The notes under the pieces: model-generated
Seen by the model: only the letters and a program-made list of their open reading frames with translations
Database searches by the model: none
What the model was told of the DNA's origin: nothing
Shown here: piece after piece, positions 24,963 to 34,115 of the stretch
Layout: the number at the start of each line of letters is the position of its first letter
Position numbering within the stretch: position 1 is the first letter of the stretch
Position numbers and translations under genes: made by a program
From: Syntrophaceae bacterium
GTDB taxonomy: Bacteria > Desulfobacterota > Syntrophia > Syntrophales > UBA2192
Direction: 5' to 3'
DNA length: 64,000 nt
Assembly: GCA_013177795.1 (NCBI GenBank)
Contig: JABLXY010000003.1
Coordinates: 701,578 to 765,577, forward strand

Positions 24963-26150
24963 CTAGAAGACGCCCGAGAAGCCGGTCCACTGGTCCTTCC
25001 GGGGGTCCATCCTCTGCTCGAAGCGGTCGGTCCCCCGGAAGCAAAACTCGATGTGCCCGGGGTCGATGGTGCCGTCGGCCGCGGCGTTCTGGCGGACGGT
25101 GAAGAAGACCGTGGCGGTGAGGTTCCGGGAATCGTAGCTGACAAAGTCCGGCAGCATCGCGACGGAGATCTCCGTCGACGGGACCGGCAGGCCGAAATTG
25201 TAGAGTCCTGCCCCACCTCCCTGGGACCTGCGGATGGTCCAGTTCGTCGTCGTCTCCACGGATTCCCGGTCCATCTCCTTGTCGAACTGGAACTTCACCC
25301 AGAAGGTCTTCGAGGCGCCGGCGGCGGAAAGCTCGGCATCGAGACTCGAGACCGCCGTTCCCGCGGGCAGGCTGTAGGGGAACGAGCTGTTGGCGTAGGC
25401 CAGCACGAATTTCGGCGGGTCGGCCTTGTAGATGTAACGGCTCAGGATGTCCGCCAGCGCAGGGGCCTTCGACTCGAGGAGCCTGACGGTGTCCTGGGCG
25501 AGGTCGATCTCCCCCCGGTCGGCGTACACGTATCCCAGCTCGGCGTAGGCGTCCCAGAAGTCCCTCTTCTTGTCGATGGCCGCCTTGAACTCGCGGACCG
25601 CCGCCTCCGTGTCGCCCTGCCGGGCATAGGTCTGGCCGAGGCCCAGGTGCGCGGCGGGGTCGTCGGGCAGCATGAGCCGCACCCGCATGAACTCCTGCTC
25701 GGCATCGCCCAGGCGGCCCGCCTGCAGGTAGGCCTCGCCGAGGGCGAAGCGGTTGGATGCGCTGGGGCTGAGCTCGACGGCCTTCTCGTATTCCGTGACG
25801 GCCTCGTCGTACCGCTCCTCCTGGAACAGCAGGCGGGCCAGCAGGGCGTGTGCCCCGTCCGAGGAACGGTTCTTCCCGACGAAGTCCTTGACGGAGTCGA
25901 CGGCACGCTGCGCATCCCCCATCGCGCGGTAGGCCTTCGACATGAGCTCCGCCACGCCGAGGGCGTTCTGCGCCTGCGGCGCGAGGGACAGCGACATCCG
26001 GAATTCCCCGACGGCGGCCCCGTACTGCTTGTTCTTGTAGCGCTCGATGCCCCGCTCCAGGGCGCGGCCCGCGTAGTACTCCAGCTGCCCGGGGTTGACC
26101 TGCATGGAGGCAAAGAGCCGCTCCGCACCCGTTGTGTCGATGGCCGTCAT
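24963..26150 (-). CDS. TPR-repeat protein with a C-terminal beta-rich (Ig-like) domain; function unknown
   Basis: The ATG at 26150 (AAGAGGA RBS) gives MTAIDTTGAERLF...; four or more TPR-like repeats (YGAAVGEF, AYRAMGDAQRAV, AYLQAGRLGDAEQEF, TYARQGDTEAAVREF). It is the only minus-strand gene inside the flagellar core. Confidence 0.7.
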   Translation of the reverse strand: MTAIDTTGAERLFASMQVNPGQLEYYAGRALERGIERYKNKQYGAAVGEFRMSLSLAPQAQNALGVAELMSKAYRAMGDAQRAVDSVKDFVGKNRSSDGAHALLARLLFQEERYDEAVTEYEKAVELSPSASNRFALGEAYLQAGRLGDAEQEFMRVRLMLPDDPAAHLGLGQTYARQGDTEAAVREFKAAIDKKRDFWDAYAELGYVYADRGEIDLAQDTVRLLESKAPALADILSRYIYKADPPKFVLAYANSSFPYSLPAGTAVSSLDAELSAAGASKTFWVKFQFDKEMDRESVETTTNWTIRRSQGGGAGLYNFGLPVPSTEISVAMLPDFVSYDSRNLTATVFFTVRQNAAADGTIDPGHIEFCFRGTDRFEQRMDPRKDQWTGFSGVF

Positions 26151-26264
26151 GGCGCTCCGAATCCTCTTTGAGCCTTTCTTCTCAACGGGTTCATCGGCAC
26201 GGACAGGGCGTTTCTTTAGGCGCTGCACCCTCGTAAAATTTACCCGGCCCCTCGGGGAAAGGCA

Positions 26265-26277
26265 GGCAAATATTGCC
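26265..26277. promoter_or_regulatory. Candidate enhancer palindrome GGCAA-ATA-TTGCC
   Basis: Perfect dyad 182 nt upstream of the fliK sigma-54 promoter. Confidence 0.3.
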
Positions 26278-26405
26278 CGGCCCGCAGGGCGTCGTGCCCC
26301 CTTCCGCGCGGGCGAAATCACCGGAAGCACGGCACGGAAGGAGAGCGCGATCGGAAGTGAACGGTCGTGATTCCGATGTGTTATACGCGTCCTGTCCCTC
26401 CTGTC

Positions 26406-26441
26406 GCCCTTTGGCCCTGCGCCCTGTGCCCCGTGCCCCGG
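26406..26441. repeat. GCC-phased heptamer array GCCCTTTG GCCCTGC GCCCTGT GCCCCGT GCCCCGG
   Basis: Read directly. It ends exactly 5 nt before the TGGCAC at 26447. The complement is G4-capable: GGGGCACGGGGCACAGGGCGCAGGGCCAAAGGGC. Confidence 0.7.
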
Positions 26442-26446
26442 CGGCG

Positions 26447-26462
26447 TGGCACACGGGTTGCT
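26447..26462 (+). promoter_or_regulatory. Sigma-54 promoter TGGCAC-acggg-TTGCT
   Basis: Perfect -24/-12 match about 30-35 nt upstream of the fliK start codons. It lies inside the ORF-track N-terminal extension. Confidence 0.8.
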
Positions 26463-26490
26463 CCCCTGCACGGGCAAAACAACTCGAGGA

Positions 26491-27879
26491 ATGCCCATGG
26501 ATTCTTCCGCTGTTCAGCTTCCGATTGACCCCGTCGCCCAGGCAGACGCCCCCCGCGGCGCGGACCCGGCACCCGGCAGGAAGCGGGACGACCGGGCCGA
26601 CGCCAGGGATGCCGCAGCGGCCGGCCTCACCGTGTCCTTTGCCGACATTCTCCGGTCCAAGAGGCTGGATCTCGAGGCCGTCAAGGCGCAGGGCGAGAAG
26701 AAAGGAACGTCCCCGAAGGGAAAACCGGCAGGGGGAACGGAGGGGGCTGAAGCGCTCGCCGGGGCCGGCGGGCGGCTCGCCGCCGCGGGCAGACGGATCG
26801 GGCAGGCCGCCGTCGAGGTGCAGGCGAAGGAGACCCTGGAGCATGCGAGGGAGCTTGCCGGGCAGGCCATGAAGGCGGCGCCCCCGAAGGCGGCGGTCCG
26901 GGAAGGCGCGGATGCACAGCAGGCCGCCGCTGCGTCGAAAAAAGGCTCCCTCACCCCGGCCGAGGAGGCCCTGCTGAAGGAAATGGTCCGGAACAACGGC
27001 GGCCTCGCCGCGCAGAGGAAGGCCGCACGGCAGACGGGATACGTCAACGGCGAGCCCCTGAACCGGCGCGAGGGGATCAACGCCGTGAAATCGATGACCG
27101 CCAGGGAAGGGGAGGTCCTCAGGATCCTCACGGGCGGCGAGGGGGCCCCGGCACAGTCGAAGGCGAAGACCGCAAAGGCGCCAAGGCCCCAGCCGGCCGC
27201 CGTGGTTCCCGAGGCGCCCCCGCCGGAGGGCAAGCCGAGCCAGGCCGTTCCGTCCGCCGAGAGGGTGAAGAGCGAATTCGGCGGCCTCGCCGGGGGCGAG
27301 CCGGACAAGACGGCGGACACCGGCTCCCTGAAGAAGCAGGCCGTCCCGAGGATCAGCGGCCTCGAGGGCCGCGATGCGCCGGCCGGCCAGGCCGAACGGT
27401 CCGCCCCCGCCCAGGGCAAGGCGGCGGGGAACCTGTCCGCCGCAAGGCCGCAGACCGTGGTGAGCCAGGTCCTCGAGGGCGCGGCCCAGATCCTCCGCGA
27501 CGGCTCGGGGCGCATGGTCCTGAACCTGCAGCCGCCGCGGCTCGGCACCCTCGACCTCGACGTCGTCGTCCAGGACAACCGCGTCAAGCTGGTCATGCTG
27601 GCCGACAACCAGGAGGTCAAGCAGCTGCTCCAAGCCGGCATGGACGACCTGCGGAGCGCGCTGCAGGACAAGGGCTTCGAGATCGAGCGCCTGGAGGTGC
27701 TCGTCCAGAACCGTCCCGACGAGGACGGTGAGGGCTTCTGGAGGGAGGCGGGATTTGCCCGCGGGGATTCCCGGAGGGGAAACGAACGAAAGCACGGGCA
27801 GGATGCACGAGCGCCTGAGCCGGGAATCCCGGCGGGGCCGCCCCGCATCGGGGACGGCGGACTGAGCGTCTTCGCCTGA
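26491..27879 (+). CDS. fliK: Flagellar hook-length control protein FliK
   Basis: Ala/Pro/Lys-rich disordered N-terminal two-thirds. The C-terminal Flg_hook-type domain is MVLNLQPPRLGTLDLDVVVQDNRVKLVMLADNQEVKQLLQAGMDDLRSALQDKGF. The start is 26491 or 26497. Confidence 0.85.
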   Translation: MPMDSSAVQLPIDPVAQADAPRGADPAPGRKRDDRADARDAAAAGLTVSFADILRSKRLDLEAVKAQGEKKGTSPKGKPAGGTEGAEALAGAGGRLAAAGRRIGQAAVEVQAKETLEHARELAGQAMKAAPPKAAVREGADAQQAAAASKKGSLTPAEEALLKEMVRNNGGLAAQRKAARQTGYVNGEPLNRREGINAVKSMTAREGEVLRILTGGEGAPAQSKAKTAKAPRPQPAAVVPEAPPPEGKPSQAVPSAERVKSEFGGLAGGEPDKTADTGSLKKQAVPRISGLEGRDAPAGQAERSAPAQGKAAGNLSAARPQTVVSQVLEGAAQILRDGSGRMVLNLQPPRLGTLDLDVVVQDNRVKLVMLADNQEVKQLLQAGMDDLRSALQDKGFEIERLEVLVQNRPDEDGEGFWREAGFARGDSRRGNERKHGQDARAPEPGIPAGPPRIGDGGLSVFA

Positions 27880-27908
27880 AAGGATACGGAATCGGAAGGA
27901 GTCGAACC

Positions 27909-28568
27909 ATGAGCGTGACCAACACCGTGCAGGCGGCCTCGAACAGCACGAACACGGCCGCGACGACAGGCGGCAAGAACATCATCGGCAAGGACGAGTT
28001 CCTGCGGATGCTCATCGCCCAGCTGAAGAACCAGGACCCGCTCAACCCGCTGGACGGCACGGCCTTCACGGCGCAGCTGGCCCAGTTCTCGAGCCTCGAG
28101 CAGCTCCAGAACATCAACACCCAGCTCACCGCCTTCACCAGGCAGCAGCAGTCGCTGGGCAGCGCGCAGGCCGTGAGCCTCATCGGCAAGGAGGTCCTGG
28201 CCCGGGGCAACACGGTCCAGGCCGCGGGCGGCCCCGTGACGCTGAGCTACCGGCTCGCCGGCGATGCCGCGGAGGGCCTCGTCCGCATCTACAATGCCGA
28301 GGGCGAGTTCGTCGACGCCGTGGCCTTCCGGAACCAGAAGCAGGGCCTCAACACACTGACCTGGAGCCCGCCGAGCGCGCTTGCGGGCACCTGCACCTTC
28401 GAGGTGAGCGCCGCCGACCGCGCGGGCAGGGCCGTCGGCGCCGAGACCGTGATCCAGGGCGAGGTGACGGGGGTGAACTTCCGCGACGGCGCCACCACGC
28501 TGAGCGTGGGCGGCCGCGAGATCGCCTACGGCGACGTCATTTCCGTGAAGAAGACCAGCACGAATTAA
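27909..28568 (+). CDS. flgD: Flagellar hook assembly (capping) protein FlgD
   Basis: IGKDEFLRMLIAQLKNQDPLNPLD signature plus a FlgD Ig-like C-terminal part. Confidence 0.95.
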   Translation: MSVTNTVQAASNSTNTAATTGGKNIIGKDEFLRMLIAQLKNQDPLNPLDGTAFTAQLAQFSSLEQLQNINTQLTAFTRQQQSLGSAQAVSLIGKEVLARGNTVQAAGGPVTLSYRLAGDAAEGLVRIYNAEGEFVDAVAFRNQKQGLNTLTWSPPSALAGTCTFEVSAADRAGRAVGAETVIQGEVTGVNFRDGATTLSVGGREIAYGDVISVKKTSTN

Positions 28569-28607
28569 CACCGGGCGTCTGACCGGGGAAACGAGGAGGA
28601 CAGCGAG

Positions 28608-30131
28608 ATGGGAAGCGCACTGTGGATCGCCATTTCGGGGCTCAACGCCAGCTCCAAGCAGATGGACGTGATCGGGAACAACATCGCCAACGCCAACACG
28701 ATGGGATTCAAGGCCGGCAAGGCCTACTTCGCCAACGTGCTGAGCCAGAGCCTCTCCGGCGGCGCCTCCGGCATCATGCAGATCGGCCAGGGCGTCACCG
28801 TGGCCGACGTGGCCACCCAGTTCAGCCAGGGCTCCCTCGAGTCCACCTCGAGCGCTCTGGACCTGGCCATCGACGGCGGCGGCTTCTTCATCGTCCGGGA
28901 CGACGAGGGCTCCCAGTTCTACACACGGGCAGGGGCCTTCCACATCGACGGCGAGGGCTACCTCGTCGACGTCAACGACTACCGCGTGCAGGGATACCCG
29001 CCGGGGACACCCACGCTGGGGGACATCAACACCCGAAACGCCCAGTCGGCCCCCGTCCCGTCCACGACCTTCTCCATCGGGCTGAACCTCGACGCGAGGA
29101 CCGCCACGGGCGGCACGTACAACTCCTCCCAGACCGTCTTCGACTCCCTCGGGGCGGCCCACACGCTGGCCGTGACCTACATGAAGAACGAGGGCGACGG
29201 CCAGTGGGGGATGTACGTCACCCTGGACGGCAACGCGCCCGACTCGCAGAACTACTCGGGGCTGTCCTTCGACGGCCTGGGCAACCTCGAAAAGGTCTAC
29301 AGCTCGACCATGGGCACCCTGACGCCCTCGGGCAGCGGGACGGCCACGGCGCAGCTGGTTGCCGGCCATAACGGGCAGATCTACAAGACGGGCAGCCTCG
29401 TGCTGCAGCGAGACAGCGTCAACGCCTGGTCCGTCCACTCCTCCTCGGATTATGCAAACGCCTCCATCACGGGCTACGGCACGACCAACGTGGATGACAC
29501 GCTGCTCATCGACCTCGACGGCGCAGGCGGGGCGGACATCACCGTGACCCTCGGGGGCGCCTGGGCCAACGGCGACCTGCTCACGATCCCCTTCACGTAC
29601 ACCGAGGCGGACCCCGCCGACATCAACGTCGCCTTCAGCGGGCTGGCCAACGGTGCCGTCATCGGCAACGGGGGAACCCTGACGTGGGACCTCACGTCGG
29701 CCCGGGCCGAGACGATGACCGGTTACGCCTCCAGCTCGACGGTGAAGGCCCTGACCAACGACGGCTATCCCTCCGGCGTGCTGCGGAGCCTTGCCATCGA
29801 GAAGGACGGCACGATCACGGGCTTCTTCACCAACGGCCAGACGGCCTCGCTGGGGCAGATCGCTCTGGGCGACTTCCCCAACCCCTGGGGCCTCAAGAAG
29901 ATGGGCTCGAACCTCTTCAGCGCCACCCTCGTCTCGGGCCAGGCGATCATCAACACGCCGGGCGCCGGCGGGCTGGGCGAGGTCAAGTCCAACGCCTTGG
30001 AGATGGCCAACACGGACCTCGGCACGGAGTTCATCACGATGATCACGGCCCAGAGGGCCTACCAGGCCAACGCGAAGGTCATCACGACGACGGACGCCAT
30101 GATGGCCGAGCTGATGAACATCAAGCGGTAA
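28608..30131 (+). CDS. flgE: Flagellar hook protein FlgE
   Basis: SGLNASSKQMDVIGNNIANANTMGFK N motif; C-terminal VKSNALEMANTDLGTEFITMITAQRAYQANAKVITT. Confidence 0.96.
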   Translation: MGSALWIAISGLNASSKQMDVIGNNIANANTMGFKAGKAYFANVLSQSLSGGASGIMQIGQGVTVADVATQFSQGSLESTSSALDLAIDGGGFFIVRDDEGSQFYTRAGAFHIDGEGYLVDVNDYRVQGYPPGTPTLGDINTRNAQSAPVPSTTFSIGLNLDARTATGGTYNSSQTVFDSLGAAHTLAVTYMKNEGDGQWGMYVTLDGNAPDSQNYSGLSFDGLGNLEKVYSSTMGTLTPSGSGTATAQLVAGHNGQIYKTGSLVLQRDSVNAWSVHSSSDYANASITGYGTTNVDDTLLIDLDGAGGADITVTLGGAWANGDLLTIPFTYTEADPADINVAFSGLANGAVIGNGGTLTWDLTSARAETMTGYASSSTVKALTNDGYPSGVLRSLAIEKDGTITGFFTNGQTASLGQIALGDFPNPWGLKKMGSNLFSATLVSGQAIINTPGAGGLGEVKSNALEMANTDLGTEFITMITAQRAYQANAKVITTTDAMMAELMNIKR

Positions 30132-30203
30132 CCCGGCAATCCGGGTTGCCCCTGAAGTGCGGTAAGCCGCCGAAGGGGGCAGCCCGGATGCCCGTTTCTC
30201 ACC

Positions 30204-30217
30204 GTCAATTTGTTGAC
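30204..30217. promoter_or_regulatory. Candidate enhancer (UAS) palindrome GTCAATTTGTTGAC
   Basis: Second GTCAA-N4-TTGAC dyad in the window, 146 nt upstream of the fliL sigma-54 promoter. Confidence 0.45.
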
Positions 30218-30349
30218 CCGCCGGGGCCGCCCCGTGCCGTCCCCGGGACCTTCCCTTGCGCCTGTCCGGCCGCCGCCGCCGGGCCGGCCCGTACCCCTCC
30301 GCGGGCAGCCCCGGCCGCCGGAATCGCTTGAAAAATCCCCGCTTTCGAT

Positions 30350-30365
30350 TGGTATGGAATTTGCT
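30350..30365 (+). promoter_or_regulatory. Sigma-54 promoter TGGTAT-ggaat-TTGCT
   Basis: GG/GC at canonical spacing in the 367-nt flgE-fliL spacer. Confidence 0.55.
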
Positions 30366-30498
30366 CTCATTCTCTGTGCGCCCGCAGCGCCGCTGCGGCC
30401 CGGCCCGGGACCCAGCCCGCAGGGCTCGAGCCCTCGGGACGGTATGCCCTGACGGTTCGGGCCGACAGCGTAAATCCGAAGGAGTGAACCGGGGAGCC

Positions 30499-30999
30499 AT
30501 GGCCAAGGAAGCGGAAAAGAACAAGACGGAAGAGCAGGCCGCCGAGGGCGGCAAGGAAAAGAAGAAGGGCTCCAAGCTCAAGTGGATCCTCATCGGCGTG
30601 GTCCTCCTGCTGGTGCTCGGAGGAGGCGGCGCCGGGGCCTATCTGTTCCTGAACAAGTCGGCGGGCAAGGAGCCCCAGGCCCCCCCGAAGCCCCCCATCG
30701 GCGCCGTCTGGGCACCCGACGTGTTCATCATCAACCTCGCCGACGCCGATGCGGACCGCTATCTCAAGATCACCATGAACTTCGAACTGTCGGACGCGCT
30801 CGCCGCGACCGAGCTGGAACAGATGAAGCCGAAGGTGCGCGACATGGTCCTCGGCGTGCTGACCGTGAAGACGTTCAAGGACCTGAACAACTTCGAGGGC
30901 AAGCAGCGCCTCAAGGAAGAGATCGCCATGCGCCTCAACAGCCACCTCACGAGGGGCAAGGTGGTGCAGGTCTACTTCACGGATTTTGTGGTGCAATAA
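30499..30999 (+). CDS. fliL: Flagellar basal body-associated protein FliL
   Basis: Lys-rich N-terminus, one TM helix, then FIINLADADADRYLKITMNFEL...VVQVYFTDFVVQ, the classic FliL end. Confidence 0.92.
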   Translation: MAKEAEKNKTEEQAAEGGKEKKKGSKLKWILIGVVLLLVLGGGGAGAYLFLNKSAGKEPQAPPKPPIGAVWAPDVFIINLADADADRYLKITMNFELSDALAATELEQMKPKVRDMVLGVLTVKTFKDLNNFEGKQRLKEEIAMRLNSHLTRGKVVQVYFTDFVVQ

Positions 31000-31000
31000 G

Positions 31001-31068
31001 AGGCGAAGGGCAAAAGGCGGAAATCCCCCTGACACCCCCTCATGGAAAACGGGGAAAGAGGGGGATTT
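31001..31068. repeat. Short GGC-phased purine array (GAGGCGAA GGGCAAAA GGCGGAAA) plus perfect 10-bp hairpin AAATCCCCCT ... AGGGGGATTT
   Basis: Read directly. The stem arms are at 31021-31030 and 31059-31068 in the fliL-fliM spacer. Confidence 0.6.
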
Positions 31069-31110
31069 GGACGAAATAGAAACGGGAAGAGAAATAGGCG
31101 GCGTTTCGCG

Positions 31111-32112
31111 ATGTCCAACATCCTGTCCCAGGAAGAAGTCGACGTCCTCTTGAAAGGGCTCTCCGGCGGGGAGATCGACACGGACCGGGTCGAGCAGCAC
31201 GAGCCGGGCGATGTCCTTCCCTACGACCTGACCAGCCAGGACCGGATTATCCGGGGCCGGATGCCCACCTTCGAGATGACGACGGAGAAGTTCGCCCGCA
31301 TCTTCCGGCTCAGCCTCTCGTCGCTGTTGCGGCGGGTCGTCGGGGTGAGCGCCCTGTCGGTGGAGATGATGAAGTTCGGCGAGTTCCTCAAGACGCTCCC
31401 GGTGCCGACGAGCCTGCACATCTTCCGGATGGACCCGCTTCGGGGCAGCGCGATCTTCGTCGTCGAGTCGAAGGTGATCTTTTCCCTCGTGGACATCCTC
31501 TTCGGCGGCTCGGGACAGTCGAGCTTCAAGATCGAGGGCCGCGAGTTCACCGCCATCGAGAACCGCCTGATCAAGCGGGTCGTGCTCAGCGCGTTGGCCG
31601 ATTTCGAGAAGGCCTGGAAGGCGATCCTCGAGGTGAAGATCACGCACCAGCGCTCGGAGATCAACCCCCAGTTCGCGCACATCGTCCCGCTGACGGACGT
31701 GGTCGTCGTGGTGCACTTCGAGATCGAGATGGAGTTCTCCTCGGGCATCGTGTCCATCTGCATCCCCTATTCGATGCTGGAGCCCGTGCGCGAGAAGCTG
31801 CAGGCCGGCTTCCAGAGCGACGCCCTGGAGGTGGACCGGGAGTGGGCCAACCGGTTCAAGGAGGGGCTCGTCGCGTCGAAGGTGGAGCTCATCGTGGAGC
31901 TCGGGCGCACGGAAGTCAGCGCCAAGGAGGTGGTCGGCCTCAAGAAGGGCGACGTCATCATGCTCGACCGCTACCGCGTTGACCCGCTCGACGTCTACGT
32001 GGAGGGGGTCCAGAAGCTGCGCGCCTACCCGGGCGTCTACAAGGGAAACACGGCGATTCAGATCGCGGGAATGGTGGAAGGAAAAGAGGCTCGGTACTAT
32101 GGAACAGAATGA
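31111..32112 (+). CDS. fliM: Flagellar motor switch protein FliM
   Basis: MSNILSQEEVDVLLKG (CheY-binding-type N-terminus), followed by the FliM middle and C-terminal domains. Confidence 0.95.
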   Translation: MSNILSQEEVDVLLKGLSGGEIDTDRVEQHEPGDVLPYDLTSQDRIIRGRMPTFEMTTEKFARIFRLSLSSLLRRVVGVSALSVEMMKFGEFLKTLPVPTSLHIFRMDPLRGSAIFVVESKVIFSLVDILFGGSGQSSFKIEGREFTAIENRLIKRVVLSALADFEKAWKAILEVKITHQRSEINPQFAHIVPLTDVVVVVHFEIEMEFSSGIVSICIPYSMLEPVREKLQAGFQSDALEVDREWANRFKEGLVASKVELIVELGRTEVSAKEVVGLKKGDVIMLDRYRVDPLDVYVEGVQKLRAYPGVYKGNTAIQIAGMVEGKEARYYGTE

Positions 32113-32554
32113 AGTGGACAGCTTGATGCAGGAGATCAACAAGGAGACCGGCGGCGCCCCGCCCAGGCAGGATGGGGAGATCGGTTGGGACGACGTCAGG
32201 GACGAGCTGGAGAAATCCCGGCAGGGCGCCCCGACGGCGGAAGTCAGCGATCCCGACTTCAGCGAGCTGCAGAAGCCTGCGGCCGGCAAGGGGGGCTTCG
32301 ATCTCGACTTCATCCTCGACATCCCGCTGAGCCTCACCGTGGAGCTGGGCCGCTGCCGCATGCTGATCAGCGAGCTGCTGCAGCTCGGGCAGGGGTCCGT
32401 GGTGGAGCTGCAGAAGATCGCCGGCGAGCCCATGGACGTCTATGTCAACCAGCGCCTCATCGCGCGCGGGGAGGTCGTCGTCATCAACGAGAAGTTCGGC
32501 GTCCGCCTGACGGACATCGTCTCCCCCGCGGAGCGCATCCTCAAGCTGCGCTGA
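32099..32554 (+). CDS. fliN: Flagellar motor switch protein FliN
   Basis: C-terminal LDIPLSLTVELGRCRMLISELLQLGQGSVVELQKIAGEPMDVYVNQRLIARGEVVVINEKFGVRLTDI. 14-nt overlap with fliM. Confidence 0.93.
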   Translation: MEQNEVDSLMQEINKETGGAPPRQDGEIGWDDVRDELEKSRQGAPTAEVSDPDFSELQKPAAGKGGFDLDFILDIPLSLTVELGRCRMLISELLQLGQGSVVELQKIAGEPMDVYVNQRLIARGEVVVINEKFGVRLTDIVSPAERILKLR

Positions 32555-32570
32555 AGGGAGGCGGGCGGGC

Positions 32571-32972
32571 ATGAGCACATTCGAGTTCCTGGCGTCGCTC
32601 GTGAAGATGATCTCGGCCCTGGCCGTCGTGCTCGGGGTCATGCTGGCCGGGCTCTGGGCGGTCCGGAAGCTGATGCAGAGGACGGGTGCGAAGGTCGACG
32701 ACGGCCGGATGATCCGGGTCCTCTCCACCCGCCACCTGGGCCCGAAGTCGAGCATCCTGCTGCTCGACGTGCTGGGAAGCGTGATCGTCGTTGGTGTCTC
32801 CGGCGACCGGATGACCCTGCTGACCACCATCACCGACGAGGATGCCCTCGAGCGTCTCCGGTCGGCGCGCCCCGGGGAGGCCGAACCGCAGCCGTTTCTG
32901 GACCCGGTGGCCCTGTACCGGCGCAAGCTCAAGACCCTGAGCCTCCTGGGCGGGCAGGGTGAAACGAAATGA
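32571..32972 (+). CDS. fliO: Flagellar biosynthesis protein FliO
   Basis: 133 aa. A single TM helix ([18 protein letters not shown]), then ...[22 protein letters not shown]. Located between fliN and fliP. Confidence 0.8.
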   Translation: MSTFEFLASLVKMISALAVVLGVMLAGLWAVRKLMQRTGAKVDDGRMIRVLSTRHLGPKSSILLLDVLGSVIVVGVSGDRMTLLTTITDEDALERLRSARPGEAEPQPFLDPVALYRRKLKTLSLLGGQGETK

Positions 32973-33009
32973 GGCGACGCACCCGAACAACGACCCGGCG
33001 GACACGGCC

Positions 33010-33783
33010 ATGAAAAAGCCCCTGTGGACATCGCTCGCCCTGGCGGCCCTGCTTGCCGCTGCGGCCACCCTCTCCGCGGCGGAGGCCGCGTGGGCGCAGA
33101 ACATGCCCGTGCCGTCCGTCAGCCTCAGCATCGGCGACGGCTCCGGCGAGCCGGGCAAGGTGGCCGTGGTGATGCAGCTGCTGCTGCTGCTCACCGTCCT
33201 GTCGCTCGCCCCGGCGATCCTCATGATGGTGACCTCCTTCACGCGGATCGTCGTCGTGCTCTCGATCCTGCGGCACGCCCTGGGCACCCAGCAGCTGCCG
33301 GCAAACCAGATTGTCATCGGGCTCGCACTCTTCCTGACGTTCTTTATCATGACGCCCGTCTGGCAGAAGGTCAACAGCGACGCCATCCAGCCCTACATGA
33401 ACGAGGAGATCTCGACCCAGCAGGCCTTCGAGAAGGCGGCGGTGCCGATCCGGGACTTCATGCTCAAACAGACCCGGGAGAAGGACATGGAGCTCTTCAT
33501 CAAGATCTCGGGCGGCAAAAAGCCCGAGAAGCCCGCCGACGTGGCGCTTACGGCGCTCATCCCGGCATTCGTGATCAGCGAGCTGAAAACCGCCTTCCAG
33601 ATCGGCTTTCTCATCTACATCCCCTTCCTCGTCATCGACATGGTCGTGGCCAGTATCCTGCTGTCGATGGGGATGATGATGCTGCCGCCGATCATGATCA
33701 GCCTGCCCTTCAAGCTCCTGCTGTTCGTGCTCGTCGACGGGTGGTACCTCATCATCGGCTCGCTCGTCCAGAGCTTCCACTGA
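33010..33783 (+). CDS. fliP: Flagellar export apparatus protein FliP
   Basis: [19 protein letters not shown] signal; [18 protein letters not shown]; [28 protein letters not shown]. An alternative upstream ATG at 32959 overlaps fliO. Confidence 0.93.
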   Translation: MKKPLWTSLALAALLAAAATLSAAEAAWAQNMPVPSVSLSIGDGSGEPGKVAVVMQLLLLLTVLSLAPAILMMVTSFTRIVVVLSILRHALGTQQLPANQIVIGLALFLTFFIMTPVWQKVNSDAIQPYMNEEISTQQAFEKAAVPIRDFMLKQTREKDMELFIKISGGKKPEKPADVALTALIPAFVISELKTAFQIGFLIYIPFLVIDMVVASILLSMGMMMLPPIMISLPFKLLLFVLVDGWYLIIGSLVQSFH

Positions 33784-33808
33784 GCGCCCGCGGGGGGGAG
33801 GCAGAGGC

Positions 33809-34078
33809 ATGACAACGGATCTGATCATGGGCATCGCGGCCGAGACGATGAAGGTGACCCTCCTGGTGTCGGCGCCGATCCTGCTCGTCGGCCTCGTCGT
33901 GGGCATCGTGATCAGCGTCTTCCAGGCAGTGACGCAGGTGCACGAGATGACGCTGACCTTCGTGCCGAAGATCATCGCCGTCATGCTGGCCCTCCTCGTC
34001 GCCGCGCCGTGGATGCTGGACATGCTCGTGAACTTCACACACAACCTGTTCTCGAACATACCGAACTATATCAAATAG
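33809..34078 (+). CDS. fliQ: Flagellar export apparatus protein FliQ
   Basis: 89 aa. VISVFQAVTQVHEMTLTFVPKI. Confidence 0.95.
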   Translation: MTTDLIMGIAAETMKVTLLVSAPILLVGLVVGIVISVFQAVTQVHEMTLTFVPKIIAVMLALLVAAPWMLDMLVNFTHNLFSNIPNYIK

Positions 34079-34110
34079 GCACCAGGCAACAGGCGCGGGC
34101 ATCAGGTGAC
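34076..34110. repeat. Heptamer array TAGGCAC CAGGCAA CAGGCGC GGGCATC AGGTGAC
   Basis: Read directly. It fills the whole fliQ-fliR spacer, starting on the TAG stop. Confidence 0.65.
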
Positions 34111-34115
34111 AGAGC

